Assembly (NCBI GenBank): GCA_963771465.1
Contig: CAVYTU010000001.1
Span: 59,279 to 123,278, forward strand
Source of the DNA: an uncultured delta proteobacterium
GTDB lineage: Bacteria; Desulfobacterota; Binatia; UBA9968
Length of the DNA: 64,000 nt
Reading direction: 5' to 3'
This document shows, in pieces, positions 60,625 through 64,000 of the stretch (positions are counted from its first letter, which is position 1; each line of letters starts with the position of its first letter). The notes beneath the pieces were generated by a model. The model was not told where the DNA came from. It did no database searches and saw only the letters and a list, made by a program, of their open reading frames with translations. A program made the position numbers and the translations under genes.

Positions 60625-60734
60625 GTAATAAGCATATTCGATTCTGGCCGTGGGGATACGAATCCGCCTATATAATGGGCGCGGTGGATGAAGCGTTGAG
60701 TGTTGGGCAGTAGCTCGGACACTGCCCAGGTGAT

Positions 60735-61859
60735 TCAGTCTGTAATATCGCGTAAAGCGTCCTCAAACAATTTAACGACGGTCGTCGCACTATAGTTTTC
60801 GGCGATGAAACGCCGCGTGCGAGCCGCAATTTCATCACGTCGTTCAGGCGATTCCACAAGATCGCTAAGGTCCGCAACGGCGTTATCGATGCTATCCGGC
60901 ACTCGACCCATCCCGATTCGCTCAATGAGATGGTCGGGGTCGAGCCGTAAACTTACAACCGGCGTTCCGACCGACCAAGCTTGAGTAAATGTATTCGGGA
61001 AGCCCTCCTCTTCGGATGTGGAAAGAAATACGGATGCGTCCGCGATGACTTTCATCGCTTCCTTGGGCGAGACTTGTCCGCGATAATCAACATTTGGCAA
61101 GGTTCTTAAATCATCCACCACACATTCGCCGAAGCCCGCAGGCGTGCTAGACGTAGTCGTTCCGCCGCAGACAACGAAGCGAATATGAGGTGCCCTGCGC
61201 GCAATTTCAACGAGAATATCTGGCCGCTTATGTTTTCTTAGCATTGCCACCCACGCCACGTAGTTTGCCCGATCTGCGTGCGGTTTCGCCGCTAGCAAAT
61301 CGCCCACGGACTGAGATAACGTGCACACTTTCGGAAGAATACGTGCCTTTGATCTCCATCTAGTATTCAAGCCGGACAGTTGTCCTTCGTGTTGGACAAA
61401 GATTCTATCGGCGCGCGATAAGCCCCACGCATAGAGTGGCCACCATCGACGGCGCAGATACAAAGCTTTTCGCGGTACAAAATCGGTATCAAATGCCGCG
61501 TGATAGATCGTTCGTACTCTTGAAATCTTCGCAATCTCAACCAGCGCTCCCCATAGGTGAGAAGCACACTCCCAAAATAGCCAATCTGGCTGCTCGGTTG
61601 ATAAAAACTTATGCCAAGCGAATAACACTTGTCCCTGATCGATGCCGATGTATTCCACCCCGTCGATGAATTTGCGTTCCCCCAATTTCAATTCTTTGCG
61701 CACACCGACTATGCTCGACCAACCCGCAGCGGCTAGAGCCCGAGCCAAAAGCCACTGGTCTCGTTCGGCACCTCCTACGGCTCCAGGTGAGCCCGATGCA
61801 TATGGGTAAATGCCCTCATTGACAAATGCGATCTTCATATGCTTTTTGTCTTGCAGCAC
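60735..61859 (-). CDS. GT4 glycosyltransferase
   Basis: GGAERDQ, WVAMLRKHKRP, TSEEEGFPNTFTQAWSVGTPVV. Confidence 0.92.
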   Translation of the reverse strand: MLQDKKHMKIAFVNEGIYPYASGSPGAVGGAERDQWLLARALAAAGWSSIVGVRKELKLGERKFIDGVEYIGIDQGQVLFAWHKFLSTEQPDWLFWECASHLWGALVEIAKISRVRTIYHAAFDTDFVPRKALYLRRRWWPLYAWGLSRADRIFVQHEGQLSGLNTRWRSKARILPKVCTLSQSVGDLLAAKPHADRANYVAWVAMLRKHKRPDILVEIARRAPHIRFVVCGGTTTSSTPAGFGECVVDDLRTLPNVDYRGQVSPKEAMKVIADASVFLSTSEEEGFPNTFTQAWSVGTPVVSLRLDPDHLIERIGMGRVPDSIDNAVADLSDLVESPERRDEIAARTRRFIAENYSATTVVKLFEDALRDITD

Positions 61860-61944
61860 AGAGACACGAGACAGCGGCTCTAGCTTAGTGAGTCCTAGTC
61901 ACCAACCCTTTAGCCAATATTTTTTAGTAAGACGAACTGATCAC

Positions 61945-63852
61945 TCAGGTCTTTGGGTTCAGCGCCAACTGAAGAGAAAGAAGCATAATCGCGCGTTGAT
62001 AGAGACCCTCCCGGGAGACGCCGGCATAGCAGCGTTGTTCACAAAAGGCTCTAACCAGAGGCTCGTATGCCTTTGGCGTCAAGAATTCGCTCAACCTGCT
62101 ATTGGATCCAAGAAGGATATCTTTCAAGCGTGCTTTGAAGTCCACAGTAACCCACCTGTCGACCGGAATCCCAAATCCTCGTTTGGGTTTGCTCGCTACT
62201 TTCGGCGGGAGCCGGCGCTCCGCAATGGTGCGCAAAACCCTTTTGCATGTGCGACCTGTCACTTTAAGACGGTGCGGGAGAGAAAGACCGAAACTAAAAA
62301 GATCTTCATCTAACATTGGTACGCGAACTTCCAAATTTTCTTTCATGCTGGCTGTGTCGACCTTGAACAGAAAATCATTAGGCAACACCAAACGAGTGTT
62401 AACTTCTGTAGCGTGAGCCGAGAGGCGCTCTAGCCTAGAAGCAGTTCGGGGTAATTGATGCTCCCACTGCGGCTCGAAAAACCTCCGGATAGGAAGAACG
62501 CCTGTGATCCGGCAGAGCCTTTCGTGCTCCTCTTTGCGCACCCAGCAAAATAAATCCTGGATAATAGAGGGGTCGTCTGCGTCAGCGATTTCCTTTGCCC
62601 GTTGAGGCCACTGTCGTCGGACAAATCCCAAATGAGCGAGCGGGGCAAGCGCTAGAGAAGCTTGACGCAAGACCGGCGCCGGCAGTCTTTGCACAAGATC
62701 AATTCTGGCTATTTGCCAGTAAAACTCGTAACCGCCGAACCCTTCATCGCCACCGTCGCCGGAAAGCGCAACGGTGACGTGCTGCCGCATCAGCTGGCAC
62801 ACCGCATTGACGGCAAACAGCGACGTATCAGCAAAGGGTTGACCCGCGTGAAGAAGGAGAGCCGTGACATGATCCCAACTTCCTTGATCGTCGCCCATTT
62901 CCAGAGTTTGATGACAAGTCCCAATGTGTTTTGCCACCTCTACCGCAGCCCATGTTTCATCATACTCCTTGTCTGCAAAGCGCACATTGAAGGTGCGCAG
63001 TTCGCCATTTAACGCACTCTGCGCTGCCGCACTGACAAGGCTGGAATCGATACCGCCGCTAAGTAGAGTGCCGAGCGGCACGTCGCTTTCCATCTGTCGA
63101 CGAACCGCGGTTGTAAGTAATGCGTCTGCGCGATCCGCGGCGTTATCTAGCGTGAGAGTTAGATCCGGAGCGATCGACCATTGATGATACTTTCGTTTCT
63201 CCCAGCATATTTTGCCCGAGTTAATGTCTGCCTGAAGCATCTCTCCTGGCTCAAGCGCTCGAATTCCTGTATAGAATGTTTCCGGGGCAGGGATATAGAA
63301 CAACGCCGCAAAATCGTAAATTGCTTGTTTGTCTGGTTCCGTGTCAACACCTGGCAGTTCCAAAAGCGCTCTAATTTCGCTCGCGAACGCGAGTCGGTCG
63401 GCGCTGGAAGAATAGAAAAGCGGCTTAATACCAAATTGATCGCGAGCTAATAGCAAACTCCGCTTTCTGGTATCGTAGATCGCCAGCGCGAACATGCCCC
63501 GCAGCCTATTGAGAAAGCCGGCCCCTTCTTCTTCATAAAGGTGCGGCAAGATTTCCGTATCTGAGCGCCCCCTAAATAGATGACCGCGCTTCTCAAGATC
63601 TTTCTGAATTTCACGATGATTGTAAATCTCTCCATTGAGAATGGTCCAGACCGTTTCATCTTCATTCGCCATCGGCTGGGCTCCAGCGGGCGTCAAATCG
63701 ATGATGCTAAGCCGTGTGTGAACCAAAGCCGCCTCAGGCCATGACTTAACTCCACTAGCGTCGGGACCCCGGTGCCGCATAGCTTCGGCCAAATGCGACG
63801 CATGCTTTTGGCTATCGGGGACAATTCCTAGCCATCCTGCAACCCCACACAT
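61945..63852 (-). CDS. asnB: Asparagine-synthase-like glutamine amidotransferase
   Basis: MCG, HRGPD, RLSIIDL, NGEIYN, SDTEI, LSGGIDSS, SGDGGDE, KVDTASM..LEVRVPMLD. Confidence 0.95.
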   Translation of the reverse strand: MCGVAGWLGIVPDSQKHASHLAEAMRHRGPDASGVKSWPEAALVHTRLSIIDLTPAGAQPMANEDETVWTILNGEIYNHREIQKDLEKRGHLFRGRSDTEILPHLYEEEGAGFLNRLRGMFALAIYDTRKRSLLLARDQFGIKPLFYSSSADRLAFASEIRALLELPGVDTEPDKQAIYDFAALFYIPAPETFYTGIRALEPGEMLQADINSGKICWEKRKYHQWSIAPDLTLTLDNAADRADALLTTAVRRQMESDVPLGTLLSGGIDSSLVSAAAQSALNGELRTFNVRFADKEYDETWAAVEVAKHIGTCHQTLEMGDDQGSWDHVTALLLHAGQPFADTSLFAVNAVCQLMRQHVTVALSGDGGDEGFGGYEFYWQIARIDLVQRLPAPVLRQASLALAPLAHLGFVRRQWPQRAKEIADADDPSIIQDLFCWVRKEEHERLCRITGVLPIRRFFEPQWEHQLPRTASRLERLSAHATEVNTRLVLPNDFLFKVDTASMKENLEVRVPMLDEDLFSFGLSLPHRLKVTGRTCKRVLRTIAERRLPPKVASKPKRGFGIPVDRWVTVDFKARLKDILLGSNSRLSEFLTPKAYEPLVRAFCEQRCYAGVSREGLYQRAIMLLSLQLALNPKT

Positions 63853-64000
63853 CGTTAGTAATCCATTTACAAAGTAAACTGAGCGAGCGGCGCAAGACCC
63901 TTCCGTGGGGAATTCTCGCTTAGGGCTCGATCTATTGCGACGAAGCCTATAAGTCTTTTTAAGCAGCCTGCTATGTCTTGGCGGGATATGAAGCCATTCC

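Noticed and set aside
63866-64000. Possible 3' end of an upstream minus-strand gene
   Set aside because: An open frame exists but is too short and featureless to call.

Overview
Most of this window is one large bacterial cell-surface polysaccharide locus on the minus strand. By gene style and GC content it resembles Deltaproteobacteria/Binatota; this is inference only. In the direction of transcription it encodes two AsnB-type amidotransferases, GT4 and GT2 glycosyltransferases, a Wzy/WaaL-like membrane protein, a priming sugar transferase and two Wzm/Wzt ABC exporter pairs. It also encodes a GDP-heptose pathway (GmhA, HddA, HddC-GmhB fusion) with an epimerase, a reductase and a C-methyltransferase, eight intact methyltransferases, Gmd/Fcl, a perosamine-type aminotransferase and a CapD-type dehydratase. 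The locus ends in a nucleotide-sugar dehydrogenase homolog, an NtrC-like regulator and an ExeA-like ATPase. One gene sits in the opposite orientation: a ~1,610-aa secreted multidomain protein (two frameshifts) behind a sigma54 -24/-12 promoter, a c-di-GMP-I riboswitch and an RBS-sequestering hairpin. The most unusual signals are: (1) two unrelated glycan enzymes, a GT4 (also carrying an acyl-AMP-ligase C-terminal subdomain) and a TylF O-methyltransferase, end in closely related terminal PAS domains; (2) two apparent pseudo-enzymes, a dehydrogenase lacking the catalytic Cys/Asp and an enhancer-binding protein lacking GAFTGA; (3) a perfect 40-bp palindrome inside a CDS; (4) several decayed gene relics in the spacers (FkbH, wzt, two methyltransferases). 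I saw no rRNA, tRNA, CRISPR array or IS element. All family assignments come from motif recognition by eye, with no database searches.
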